IMG/VR virus record: IMGVR_UViG_3300021255_000139
Direction: 5' to 3' (one strand)
DNA from: a virus
Lineage: Duplodnaviria; Heunggongvirae; Uroviricota; Caudoviricetes
DNA: 64,000 nucleotides
Shown here: positions 10,946-20,261 of the stretch, in pieces
Numbering within the stretch: the stretch's first letter is position 1
Layout: each line of letters opens with the position of its first letter
Notes under the pieces: model-generated
Databases searched by the model: none
The model's input: only the letters and a program-made list of their open reading frames with translations
What the model was told of the DNA's origin: nothing
Position numbers and translations under genes: made by a program

Positions 10946-11872
10946 GTGAGCAAGAGCATTATTAAAACGTATTCTGTGATTAACAATCCAAAATATAAAA
11001 ATCCAGTGTGCAGCATTTCTGGAGGTGCGGATTCCGATATTATATTAGATTTATGTATGAATTGTGATCCAAACAAGAAAGTGAAATATGTATGGTTTGA
11101 TACTGGATTAGAGTATAAAGCAACAAAGGATCATCTAAAATATTTGGAAGAAATATATGATATAGAAATTGAAAGATTCAAAGCATTAAAGTCTATTCCT
11201 CATAGTTGTAAAGAATACGGGCAACCGTTTCTTTCAAAACAAGTCAGTGACTTTATAAGTAGGTTGCAGAAACATGGATTTCAATGGGAAGATGAATCTT
11301 ATGAAATATTATCTCAAAGATACTCGAATTGCAAATCTGCCCTTGAATGGTGGTGTTGTAATAAAGGAGAAAAAAGCAGATTCAATATCACAAACAATAA
11401 GTATTTAAAAGAGTTTATGGTAGAGAATCCACCTTGGTTTAAAATTTCAAGCAAATGCTGCAAATATGCAAAGAAAGATGTGGCAAAGGCACTTATAAAA
11501 TCAGGGAAACATGATCTCGATATAGTTGGAATTAGAAAAGCAGAAGGAGGTATTAGGTCATCTTTATATAAGAGTTGTTTTGCAGAAAATCAATTTACTG
11601 ATGATTACAGACCAGTATTCTGGTATAAAGATTCCGATAAAAGAGATTACGAAAACGCCTTTTGTATTACGCACAGTAAGTGTTATGAAGAATATGGTTT
11701 AAAGAGAACAGGATGTGCCGGGTGTCCATATAATAGATATTTTGAAGATGAATTATCAGTTATTGAAAAATATGAACCAAATTTATATAAAGCTGTTTGT
11801 ACAATTTTTAAGGATTCATATAAATACACACGGATGTATAAAGACTATGTAGAACAACAAAAATATAAATAA
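10946..11872 (+). CDS. PAPS reductase family / PP-loop ATP pyrophosphatase
   Basis: SGGADSD PP-loop, GIRKAEGGIRSS, RPVFWYKDSD motif, C-terminal Cys cluster; GTG start. Confidence 0.7.
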   Translation: MSKSIIKTYSVINNPKYKNPVCSISGGADSDIILDLCMNCDPNKKVKYVWFDTGLEYKATKDHLKYLEEIYDIEIERFKALKSIPHSCKEYGQPFLSKQVSDFISRLQKHGFQWEDESYEILSQRYSNCKSALEWWCCNKGEKSRFNITNNKYLKEFMVENPPWFKISSKCCKYAKKDVAKALIKSGKHDLDIVGIRKAEGGIRSSLYKSCFAENQFTDDYRPVFWYKDSDKRDYENAFCITHSKCYEEYGLKRTGCAGCPYNRYFEDELSVIEKYEPNLYKAVCTIFKDSYKYTRMYKDYVEQQKYK

Positions 11873-11887
11873 CAACCAAAAGGAAAA

Positions 11888-12576
11888 ATGTTAGAGATTG
11901 ATACAATTATTCATGATGATTGTATGAAATTCCTCGATTCTCTGAGGGGGGGGGTGGGATTTTTGACCTAACCCTAACCGATATTCCATACGGTGAAGTC
12001 AATCGAAGTAGTAACGGGTTGCGGAATTTGAATAAAAAAGCTGCAGATGTTATGACTTTTGATCTTCCTACCTTCCTCGAAGAATTATACAGAGTGACGA
12101 AAAGTACGATCATTATATTTTGTGGCAAAGAACAGTTAAGCGAAATACATAGATTCTTTGCCGGGAAACAAATGAAAGGATTAGGAACTGTACGACAACT
12201 GATATGGAATAAAAGTAATCCGTCACCAATGAACGGACAACATATTTATCTTTCAGGTGTTGAAAATGCAGTATGGTTCAAGAAACGTGGTGGCACATTT
12301 AACGCAAAGTGCAAAAATACGGTTTTCAAATACCCGAATGGTCGGGCGAAACTCCATCCTACCGAGAAGAATCATGATCTTATCCGAGAACTGATTAGGG
12401 ATAACAGCAACGAAGGTGATTTGATTTTTGATCCTTGTTGTGGATCAGGCGCACATTGCTTAGTTGCAGCAGAAGAAAATCGCCACTACATAGGAATTGA
12501 ACTGAATGACGATTATTATAAAATCGCCAGCGAACGATTAGAAAACTACAAAGGAGAAACTGATGGGAAACGATAA
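11888..12576 (+). CDS. beta-class amino (N6A/N4C) DNA methyltransferase, frameshifted at poly-G9
   Basis: N-terminus IIHDDCMKFLDSL (ATG at 11888) runs out of frame at G9 tract 11946-11954; downstream frame has DIPY and FDPCCGSGA motifs. Confidence 0.65.
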
Positions 12577-12832
12577 GTTTGAACAGCTTGTAAAAAAGAC
12601 AGTTGTAGATTACGTCAATAAACATCTCGATAAAGCAGACGGTGTGATCATTGACGCATCGGACGTATTTATTGTTTGGTCGTGTAAGACATTACAGAAC
12701 AACAAGGCTCTGGTTTCTACTACTCTTTCAGATGGTATGTATTATGAATTAACATACAATGGAGATAAGAGAGAACTATACTTTGATGCATATAAGAAGT
12801 GGGAAAATATCTGTATTGAGATTAACGATTAA
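12563..12832 (+). CDS. hypothetical protein
   Basis: ORF only. Confidence 0.35.
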   Translation: MGNDKFEQLVKKTVVDYVNKHLDKADGVIIDASDVFIVWSCKTLQNNKALVSTTLSDGMYYELTYNGDKRELYFDAYKKWENICIEIND

Positions 12833-12854
12833 ATAAATATCGGAGGTTTATATC

Positions 12855-13091
12855 ATGGAAAGAACAAGAGATTATCGCAGAAAGAAGAATTACTCAAAAG
12901 CAATGAAAAGAAAGAAGTTTTGCGAAAATGCTTATGGATTCGATTGGTATGAGCATTTAGGACAGTATATAAAAGGAAAAATACATTGTTCGTGTCCGTT
13001 ATGTTCAGCGAAGTCAAAGCGTAACGGATATAAACCTTCAGATTTGCGAAAAATCGAATCTTCAAAGAATCAGATATCGGAGTATGCATAA
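12855..13091 (+). CDS. small basic Cys-containing protein
   Basis: ORF, K/R rich. Confidence 0.35.
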   Translation: MERTRDYRRKKNYSKAMKRKKFCENAYGFDWYEHLGQYIKGKIHCSCPLCSAKSKRNGYKPSDLRKIESSKNQISEYA

Positions 13092-13264
13092 TGGGGAAAG
13101 TAGCAGAAACTCAAATCATGGGAAAATACTGTGAGGATTGCAAATATTGCACTATAGATGAATCCAATAAGGCATGGATTAAAGTGCATTGTGGTGCGAG
13201 AAATAAGACATATCACTACGGGCAGTGTATTCCATGCGAGGATAAAGAAAAGAAGGGCAAATAA
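13091..13264 (+). CDS. small Cys-rich protein (57 aa), not in ORF track
   Basis: ATG 13091 overlapping previous stop (ATAATGG); CEDCKYC...C...CIPCE pattern. Confidence 0.35.
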   Translation: MGKVAETQIMGKYCEDCKYCTIDESNKAWIKVHCGARNKTYHYGQCIPCEDKEKKGK

Positions 13265-13266
13265 GT

Positions 13267-13467
13267 ATGACGTTTGGAAATGTATATCCCACAATGCTTT
13301 ACGGGAGAAAAATCAAACGTAAGGACTGGAAAGGCTATTGGGCTTGGGAAAATGACACAATAATGATGCACTGCGAAGATGGAACAGTATTAGATATAAG
13401 GCAGACAGATAATCCGAGATTTACATTTGACAATATTGCTGCAAATGATTGGATTGTCGCTGAATAA
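13267..13467 (+). CDS. hypothetical protein
   Basis: ORF. Confidence 0.35.
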   Translation: MTFGNVYPTMLYGRKIKRKDWKGYWAWENDTIMMHCEDGTVLDIRQTDNPRFTFDNIAANDWIVAE

Positions 13468-13481
13468 AAGAAAGGAGCATT

Positions 13482-13880
13482 TTGAAAATGCCAGAAAAGA
13501 AACAGTTTAAGTATGGTGCTGTTGTTGAAATGAATCAGGATTTTAGCGTTGAATCAACAGAAGGTATGACATTCGACATTAAGAATGGTGAACTTGCTGT
13601 TGTGGGATTCGATAACTACATTCACTATATGGATCACAATCTCGTTGAAGAAATTAACCCGAAAACAGTTGAACTTAAAGGAATTTCGCCACGAGGTCTG
13701 TCGAACTACATTACTACATATTTGGACGCAAATATGAATCTTGAAGCTATGCTGAAAGAACATGACATGGATGGTCAGATGTTCGCAGATTATATTGCAG
13801 CAGCATTTGAAAATATCGGACTGCCGGACGATATGGAAGAACTCATGCCGACAGAAGAAACGGAGGAAGAAAATGAGTGA
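13482..13880 (+). CDS. acidic hypothetical protein
   Basis: ORF with RBS; acidic C-tail. Confidence 0.4.
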   Translation: MKMPEKKQFKYGAVVEMNQDFSVESTEGMTFDIKNGELAVVGFDNYIHYMDHNLVEEINPKTVELKGISPRGLSNYITTYLDANMNLEAMLKEHDMDGQMFADYIAAAFENIGLPDDMEELMPTEETEEENE

Positions 13881-14565
13881 CGGTATTTTTTGCAAAAACT
13901 GTAATAAGTATGTCAATGTTTTCTGTGATACATTTGACGGTCACACAAGATGTGAAGAATGTAAATCAGACAATCTTTACACGACTGAACAGATAATTGA
14001 AGATATGAATAAAAGAATTAAAAAGATGGAAGATAACAGCCGGATTATTCATGTTGATTTGAACCATGAGTCAGAAAAGGAATTGAAAAAGCTGAAAGAA
14101 ACTATGGGTAATCTTCCAGTAAGTATCATTGATAAGAACGAGTATGACGCTGTTTCTGCAAGTGGTGCGACTTATATTACTGTTTCTCCGTCTAACTACG
14201 AGAAGCTGAAGAAGGTTGCGCCGGGAGAACAAATCAGGGTATTTTGCACCGATAATCGCATTGAAGGACTTGTTTTTTCTTTGGTTGGAATTACCCACGA
14301 TACGGTTACATATGAACCGCCTAAGAATGAAACAAAACAGAAGTCGAAGAAGTCTAAGAAGAGACGTGCAAAAAAGTCAAAAAGAAAGAATGTTACTAAA
14401 ACTACACAGAAGAAGTTGACACAGCGAGAAGAGATGATCCGCAATGGTTCGATTGTTCCAGATAACGGAAGTCCGAAGAAAAGATATCCTTCTCACACAG
14501 CTTCAATTCCGTATAACAGAGACAGGTATCATTCAAGAAAAGATTATATAAGAAGTTATGAATAA
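13873..14565 (+). CDS. zinc-ribbon protein with lysine-rich C-terminus
   Basis: ATG 13873 after GGAGGAAG RBS; CKNCNK...CEECK. Confidence 0.45.
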   Translation: MSDGIFCKNCNKYVNVFCDTFDGHTRCEECKSDNLYTTEQIIEDMNKRIKKMEDNSRIIHVDLNHESEKELKKLKETMGNLPVSIIDKNEYDAVSASGATYITVSPSNYEKLKKVAPGEQIRVFCTDNRIEGLVFSLVGITHDTVTYEPPKNETKQKSKKSKKRRAKKSKRKNVTKTTQKKLTQREEMIRNGSIVPDNGSPKKRYPSHTASIPYNRDRYHSRKDYIRSYE

Positions 14566-14575
14566 TCGTGCATAA

Positions 14576-14734
14576 AATTAAGTTTTTATTCACTTCATTA
14601 TAAATAGCCATTTTACAGTGTTTGTGTGTCTCCTAACTTGATTATCTTGTGCATCAGTTAAATTCTGTTGGCTAAAAATAACGTAAAAACGTGCTTTTAG
14701 CCATTAGAATAAAAACTTAAGTTCATCAATAAAT
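14576..14734 (+). promoter_or_regulatory. structured leader element B (arms AAATTAAGTTTTTAT / ATAAAAACTTAAGTT; internal hairpin GGCTAAAA-ATAACGTAAAAACGTGC-TTTTAGCC)
   Basis: seen directly; same architecture as element A. Confidence 0.55.
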
Positions 14735-14743
14735 GTACTCTCA

Positions 14744-15610
14744 TTGTTTGATGGAATAAGTTGTGGATATTTGGCACTGCAACGAGCCGGATTGAATATA
14801 GATACATATTATGCAAGTGAAATTGAGCCTCATGCAGAAGGGATTTCAAAATATCATTTCCCGGACATTGTGAGATTAGGAGATGTAAATTTTTATGATA
14901 ATTGGAATCTTCCACACATTCATTTGTTGATTGGAGGAAGTCCATGTCAAGATTTATCTATTGCAAAGGCTAATAGAGAAGGACTAAACGGAGAGAAAAG
15001 CGGTCTATTTTGGAAATACGTTGAATGCTTAGAGAAGTTTAAACCAGATTATTTCTTGTTAGAGAACAATTACAGTATGCCAAAAGCTGCACGAGATGTA
15101 ATATCAGAAGTGCTTGGAGCAGAACCAATTATGATAAATTCTGATCTTGTTTCAGCACAAAACAGAAAAAGATTGTACTGGACAAATATATCGGGCATTG
15201 AACAGCCAAAAGATAAAGGAATAGAGTTGCAGAATATACTTGAAAGTGGAACAGTAGACCGTAAAAAATCATTATGTGTGACAAGACGATATGCTGGATT
15301 TCACGGATCACAAGCATTGTTATGTAGACGGTACTTTGGAAAGTCTTTTGGTCAGGCAGTTTTTGAGAAAGATATAAATACAATCAAACAACAATGGAAG
15401 GAAAACCCGTTCTTTGAATCTGATGATAACAACATTAGACAATTAACAATTACGGAGTGCGAAAGACTGCAGACTCTGCCAGATGGCTATACAAAGTATG
15501 AAGTATGGAAAAATGAAGTGAGAGAAACACCAAAAATCGCACGATATGAAGCAGTTGGTAATGGTTGGACAGTAGATGTGATAAGTCACATTTTAGGGTA
15601 TTTAAAATGA
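14744..15610 (+). CDS. DNA (cytosine-5)-methyltransferase
   Basis: motifs I (LFDGISCGYLAL), IV (GSPCQDLS), VIII (QNRKRLY), X (GNGW); TTG start. Confidence 0.8.
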   Translation: MFDGISCGYLALQRAGLNIDTYYASEIEPHAEGISKYHFPDIVRLGDVNFYDNWNLPHIHLLIGGSPCQDLSIAKANREGLNGEKSGLFWKYVECLEKFKPDYFLLENNYSMPKAARDVISEVLGAEPIMINSDLVSAQNRKRLYWTNISGIEQPKDKGIELQNILESGTVDRKKSLCVTRRYAGFHGSQALLCRRYFGKSFGQAVFEKDINTIKQQWKENPFFESDDNNIRQLTITECERLQTLPDGYTKYEVWKNEVRETPKIARYEAVGNGWTVDVISHILGYLK

Positions 15611-15957
15611 ATATAGATGAAGCTATTGCTCATGCCAAAGAAGTAGCAGAAAGTCAGGCTGATTTATATGATTGCTATTTGCAGCATGGAGAACAAGGCG
15701 ATCATGTGCAAGAATGCTTAAAATGTTCCGCACAGCATAGTCAGCTTGCCGAGTGGTTGGAGCAACTGAAACGTGCAGATACTCTTTTGACAGCAACTCA
15801 TGATTTATTGCAAAAACAATATAAGAATATCTATGTTCTGAATTTGCTTGCGGAAACAATTAACTATGACGAAGCTGAATGTGATGGAAATTGCTTAATG
15901 GAAGATATTGAAGCATGGATGATTGAACGTGGTATAGATCATGACGATGACGAATAA
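15607..15957 (+). CDS. hypothetical protein
   Basis: ATGA overlap with Dcm stop; ORF track start 15565 probably too early. Confidence 0.4.
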   Translation: MNIDEAIAHAKEVAESQADLYDCYLQHGEQGDHVQECLKCSAQHSQLAEWLEQLKRADTLLTATHDLLQKQYKNIYVLNLLAETINYDEAECDGNCLMEDIEAWMIERGIDHDDDE

Positions 15958-16435
15958 AGAAGCTATAAAACGTATCAAAGATTTTGCATTATATCATGCA
16001 ATACGTGACTTGCCAAATTCGGCGTATACAGTTGAAGCATTTGAAATGGCAATCAGAGCGTTAGAAAATCAAGATCGTGGAGTAGTTAGTCTTGGTGTAT
16101 ATGAACAAGTTCGGTGGGAAAGAGATATAGCAATCTCTCAACTCGAAGAACTTGGTTATGGTCTTGGAGAAAAGATTAGGGAAGAAGATAAGAAAATGGG
16201 TAAACCAACATTAGCTGACATCGCAGCTAAATTAAGTGAGTTCGATTCCGAATGTTTAATGACGATTGATGAATATCTTGAGTCTGTAGAAGATGGTTCG
16301 ATTACAGATTATGATGGTTGCGGAGTCTATGTAGATGATAACGGAATACAAACTATGGCAACAGACTTTGATCCAGACAAGATTAAAGCAATGAAAAATC
16401 TTGGAATCAGATTTGTATGCTGGTATAACAAATAA
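15941..16435 (+). CDS. hypothetical protein
   Basis: ORF. Confidence 0.4.
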   Translation: MTMTNKEAIKRIKDFALYHAIRDLPNSAYTVEAFEMAIRALENQDRGVVSLGVYEQVRWERDIAISQLEELGYGLGEKIREEDKKMGKPTLADIAAKLSEFDSECLMTIDEYLESVEDGSITDYDGCGVYVDDNGIQTMATDFDPDKIKAMKNLGIRFVCWYNK

Positions 16436-16441
16436 CTCATA

Positions 16442-16599
16442 AAATAATTTTTTTATTAACATTTTCTTGCATTTTCACCTCAATATAACCGAAAAATACC
16501 AAACAAAACCGCCGAATTTAGCAAAATAGACCGTAATATTACGGCAAAAAATGAAAAAATTGCCGATATTCAGCGGTTTTCGTTGATAAAAAAATTATT
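16442..16599 (+). promoter_or_regulatory. structured leader element C (arms AAATAATTTTTTTAT / ATAAAAAAATTATT; internal palindrome CCGTAATATTACGG)
   Basis: seen directly; third copy of same architecture. Confidence 0.5.
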
Positions 16600-16608
16600 C
16601 AATGGCAT

Positions 16609-17820
16609 TTGGTGAACTTCTCTGAAATTGATAAGTTTGCTATTAAGTCATACTGTGCGATACATGATGTGGATGAACAGTTAAATTTAGGTGATATTTC
16701 AAAGATTGATCCAGATGTCATTGATGATTTTGATTTAATGACGTGGGGATTTCCTTGTACTGATTTGAGTCGTGCCGGGAAACAGCAAGGCTTTTTAGAC
16801 AATAACGGAAATCTCACACGAAGCGGATTATATTATGAAGGTATCAGAATCTTACGTGCAAAGAAGCCGAAGATATCTATAATTGAGAACGTCAAGAACC
16901 TTGTTAGTAAAAGATTTTACAAAGAATTTCATATGATTTTGAACGATCTTGAAGAAGCCGGGTATAACTCCTATTGGAAAGTATTGAATGCAAAAGATTA
17001 TGGTGTTCCTCAAAATCGTGAAAGAGTTTTTATTGTATCTATCAGAAAAGATATAGATAATGGAAAGTTTCAATTTCCGCAGCCAAGAGAAAATCGCACT
17101 GCATTACTTGATATTATAGAGGAAAATGTAGATGAAAAATACTATGTAGACACGAAAAGAGCAGATGATTTAATTTCAAATGTAATTCTTGGAGATAATC
17201 TGCCAAAAGAAAAACTTAATGATATTATTCAATTAGGGAATATCGCAGTAGAGAAGGGCTTTAAAAACCCACAAATCGGAAGAGTCTATGATTCTCATGG
17301 AATCGCCCCCTCAATTACAACGATGCAAGGCGGTGATAGGATGCCAAAAGTATTGATTAGAGTAAGAGAGGGAACTAAAAAAGGATATGCAGAAGCTACA
17401 ATAGGAGATTCAATTAACATTGCTTATCCGAAAAGCGAAAACCGCAGGGGGAGAGTAGGAAAGCAAATGGTTAATACATTAGAAACATCTCCACAACAAG
17501 TTGTTGTTTTGGCTGATAAGGATGAAGTCTACAAAATAAGGCGATTAACACCGAAAGATTGTTGGCGTTGTATGGACTTCTCTGATGAAAGTTTTTATAA
17601 GGCACAAGCTGCAGGAATAAGTAATAGTCAGTTATATAAACAAGCCGGGAACAGTATTGTAGTTTCATGCTTATACTATATTCTCGAAGAATTATACAAA
17701 GCACTTCCTGATCAATTTTCTGACTTGGCTGTTACAAGTTTCTTTTCTGGTATAGGAGCATATGAAGTCGCACTGGATAGATTGTGCGAAAAAATAAATA
17801 ATGGCTTGACAAATGAATAA
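16609..17820 (+). CDS. DNA (cytosine-5)-methyltransferase, apparently circularly permuted (motif I at C-terminus)
   Basis: begins at post-motif-I segment NFSEIDKFAIKSY, then IV (GFPCTDLS), VI (ENV), VIII (QNRERVF), TRD, X (GNS), and ends with motif I FFSGIGAYEVALDRL; TTG start. Confidence 0.7.
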   Translation: MVNFSEIDKFAIKSYCAIHDVDEQLNLGDISKIDPDVIDDFDLMTWGFPCTDLSRAGKQQGFLDNNGNLTRSGLYYEGIRILRAKKPKISIIENVKNLVSKRFYKEFHMILNDLEEAGYNSYWKVLNAKDYGVPQNRERVFIVSIRKDIDNGKFQFPQPRENRTALLDIIEENVDEKYYVDTKRADDLISNVILGDNLPKEKLNDIIQLGNIAVEKGFKNPQIGRVYDSHGIAPSITTMQGGDRMPKVLIRVREGTKKGYAEATIGDSINIAYPKSENRRGRVGKQMVNTLETSPQQVVVLADKDEVYKIRRLTPKDCWRCMDFSDESFYKAQAAGISNSQLYKQAGNSIVVSCLYYILEELYKALPDQFSDLAVTSFFSGIGAYEVALDRLCEKINNGLTNE

Positions 17821-17849
17821 ATAATATCTATAATACAAATAAATACGAG

Positions 17850-18155
17850 GTGATATTGATGCAAAGAAATGATTCGAGAAACACGAAAAGAAACAGAGAC
17901 AGGAAATATAAAGAAAAACTCAAACGTCTTTATAAAGTCAATAGCTGGATGGTTTCAAAACGTGATCCCGAAGATGATTTCTGTCGCAGAGATATCACCA
18001 AGGTTTATTATAAACGATTTTATTGGACAAATGGCGTGAAGAAATGGTTGCGCAGACAATCCAATAAAGCTATAAGAAACGCAACTTTTGATGAAATCCC
18101 CATGAAAGGTTGCGGTTACAAAAAGAAATATGACTTATGGTGGGAATTATATTAA
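17850..18155 (+). CDS. basic hypothetical protein
   Basis: ORF. Confidence 0.35.
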   Translation: MILMQRNDSRNTKRNRDRKYKEKLKRLYKVNSWMVSKRDPEDDFCRRDITKVYYKRFYWTNGVKKWLRRQSNKAIRNATFDEIPMKGCGYKKKYDLWWELY

Positions 18156-19123
18156 GGAGGAAAAGAATGGATATCATTAAAACACACACCGGGAAAATCT
18201 ATGTAGATAAGGAGAAGCAGCTTGAATTTCTTACTGTAGGAGATTATGGGAAAGAGAATAATATCAAAGCTGATTTTCTTGGACTCACAAAAGAGATTAA
18301 CGGAGTAGCAAATACTGCTGTTGATCTCACAAAGAAGTGGGTTGCAACAATTAGTACGCAGAAAGGTTGTCCGATGAAGTGTCAATTCTGCGATTGCCCT
18401 AAGTATGGATTTCACGGAAATGCGAGTGTTTCAGATTTGGTATATGAAATTGAAACAATCCTTATGAACGAACATATAAAGAATACAGAAAGATTTAATG
18501 TTCATTTTGCGAGGATGGGAGAGCCTACGTTCAATGAGAACGTATTGACTTTTGCCCGATACTATTTGAAGAACATTGTTGATAATTATGTTGCTGCGGA
18601 CACTATCCACCCGGTAGTCTCAACTATGCTGCCAGCCAAGAATAGAAAGTTAAAGGATTTTCTTCTCAACTGGTGCGAAATTAAAAATAGTGATTATAAA
18701 GGTGAAGCCGGACTGCAGTTCAGTATTAATAGTACGAATAATGAACAGAGAAACATACAATTCAACAATATGAGTCTGAATCTCGAACTGATTTCTTATC
18801 TGGCTGATCTTCTGCCTATGCCGATTGGTCGCAAATATACTCTGAATTTTGCGGTAACAAAAGATACGATTCTTGATGCAGATAGACTGTCGAACTTGTT
18901 TGATAAGGAAAAGTTCATTGTAAAAATCACACCGATTCACGAAACTAATTCTGCTATTAAAAATGGGTTTGACGTAACTACAACTTACACGGACTATGAT
19001 GTGTACAGACAGTTTGAACAGCCACTTGTTGAAAAAGGATGGGATGTTATCGTGTTTGTTCCATCAAAAGAAGAGGATAGCGACAGAATCACTTGCGGAA
19101 ATGCACTTATTTCTATGATGTGA
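18137..19123 (+). CDS. radical SAM domain protein
   Basis: CPMKCQFC (CxxxCxxC) and MGEPT motif. Confidence 0.65.
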   Translation: MVGIILRRKRMDIIKTHTGKIYVDKEKQLEFLTVGDYGKENNIKADFLGLTKEINGVANTAVDLTKKWVATISTQKGCPMKCQFCDCPKYGFHGNASVSDLVYEIETILMNEHIKNTERFNVHFARMGEPTFNENVLTFARYYLKNIVDNYVAADTIHPVVSTMLPAKNRKLKDFLLNWCEIKNSDYKGEAGLQFSINSTNNEQRNIQFNNMSLNLELISYLADLLPMPIGRKYTLNFAVTKDTILDADRLSNLFDKEKFIVKITPIHETNSAIKNGFDVTTTYTDYDVYRQFEQPLVEKGWDVIVFVPSKEEDSDRITCGNALISMM

Positions 19124-19124
19124 G

Positions 19125-20261
19125 GTGGCAGAAATGGCAGAAACATATGAACTGACATTAACTGAAAACTATGTATCAGATTGGGATTTTTATGATGCCA
19201 TAAGAGAACTTATTCAGAATGGTACAGATCAAGAGATTCTTGATAAGAGCAACCACTTTGACATGATTTATGATCCCGGCGAAAAGGTTCTTCGATTTAT
19301 CAACGCTACGTCCAAACTGAAAATCAATACTTTATTGTTAGGTAGAAGTAGCAAGACGAATAACTCAGATACGGTCGGGCAATTTGGTGAAGGTTACAAA
19401 ATTGCAGCACTCGTTCTGAACCGTATCGGCAAAACATTTACTATTTACAATAATAATAAAAACGAGGTCTGGGAAAGCAAGTTTGTTAATTCTAAGAAGT
19501 GGTTGGAAAAAATTCTTCAGTTTACAGTAACAAAAAATGAAACAGATAAAAAAGGACTTGTTATTGAAATCGGAAATGTTACCTATTGGGAATATGAAGG
19601 TATTTCTGATATTTGGCTTCAGAGATATGAAGAAAAGAATGACGTTGAAAAAATCCACACCATGTACGGAGAAATCCTTCTGAATGATGAATTGAGTGGA
19701 AGAATCTTTGTTAATGGTCTTTCTGTAAACTCCAAAAATGAAATGCACTATGGATATAATTTCAAGCCTAAATACATCAAGTTAGAGCGAGATCGTAGAA
19801 CGTGTGATGATTGGGAAATGGGATATGTAACTACAAGAATGATTTGTGAAGCTGTTCTTGCTGGAAGTCTTTCCATTTATGAAGTAACTAAACTTGCAGA
19901 TATGGATGCAAAAGACATTTATCATATGTCATTCGCTTATTATGAAGAGAACGTAGCGAAAGTAAAAGAATTGCTACTTCAGCAGTTTGATGCACAATAT
20001 CTCGACAGCATTCCAGTTGAAACACAAGAAGAATATAATCGGGTAAAAACCTATGGTGGCAAACCCGTTATTGTTCCGCAGCCGATTGCACGAATGTTGA
20101 AAGATACTATGAGGGCAAGGATCAAGAAACTCTCAATGGAAAATCTGGACGATATTCCGACTGTAAAAGAGCAACTTGAAAGATGGCTTAATGCATGGTT
20201 CGGTGAATTACCCGGAGATGCTATTGATGAATTTAGAAACATTCTCAAGAAGATGGATTAA
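19125..20261 (+). CDS. GHKL-family ATPase domain protein
   Basis: N-box ELIQNGTDQ and G2-box GQFGEGYKIAAL of the Bergerat fold. Confidence 0.5.
   Translation: MAEMAETYELTLTENYVSDWDFYDAIRELIQNGTDQEILDKSNHFDMIYDPGEKVLRFINATSKLKINTLLLGRSSKTNNSDTVGQFGEGYKIAALVLNRIGKTFTIYNNNKNEVWESKFVNSKKWLEKILQFTVTKNETDKKGLVIEIGNVTYWEYEGISDIWLQRYEEKNDVEKIHTMYGEILLNDELSGRIFVNGLSVNSKNEMHYGYNFKPKYIKLERDRRTCDDWEMGYVTTRMICEAVLAGSLSIYEVTKLADMDAKDIYHMSFAYYEENVAKVKELLLQQFDAQYLDSIPVETQEEYNRVKTYGGKPVIVPQPIARMLKDTMRARIKKLSMENLDDIPTVKEQLERWLNAWFGELPGDAIDEFRNILKKMD

Noticed and set aside
14566-14743. Possibility that elements A/B/C are self-splicing introns or MITEs
   Set aside because: They lie between complete genes, and the upstream ORFs are unrelated to the downstream enzymes, so there is no exon to splice. 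About 155 nt is too small for group I or II introns. Arm sequences differ between copies while keeping complementarity, unlike MITE terminal repeats. They are treated as structured leaders instead.
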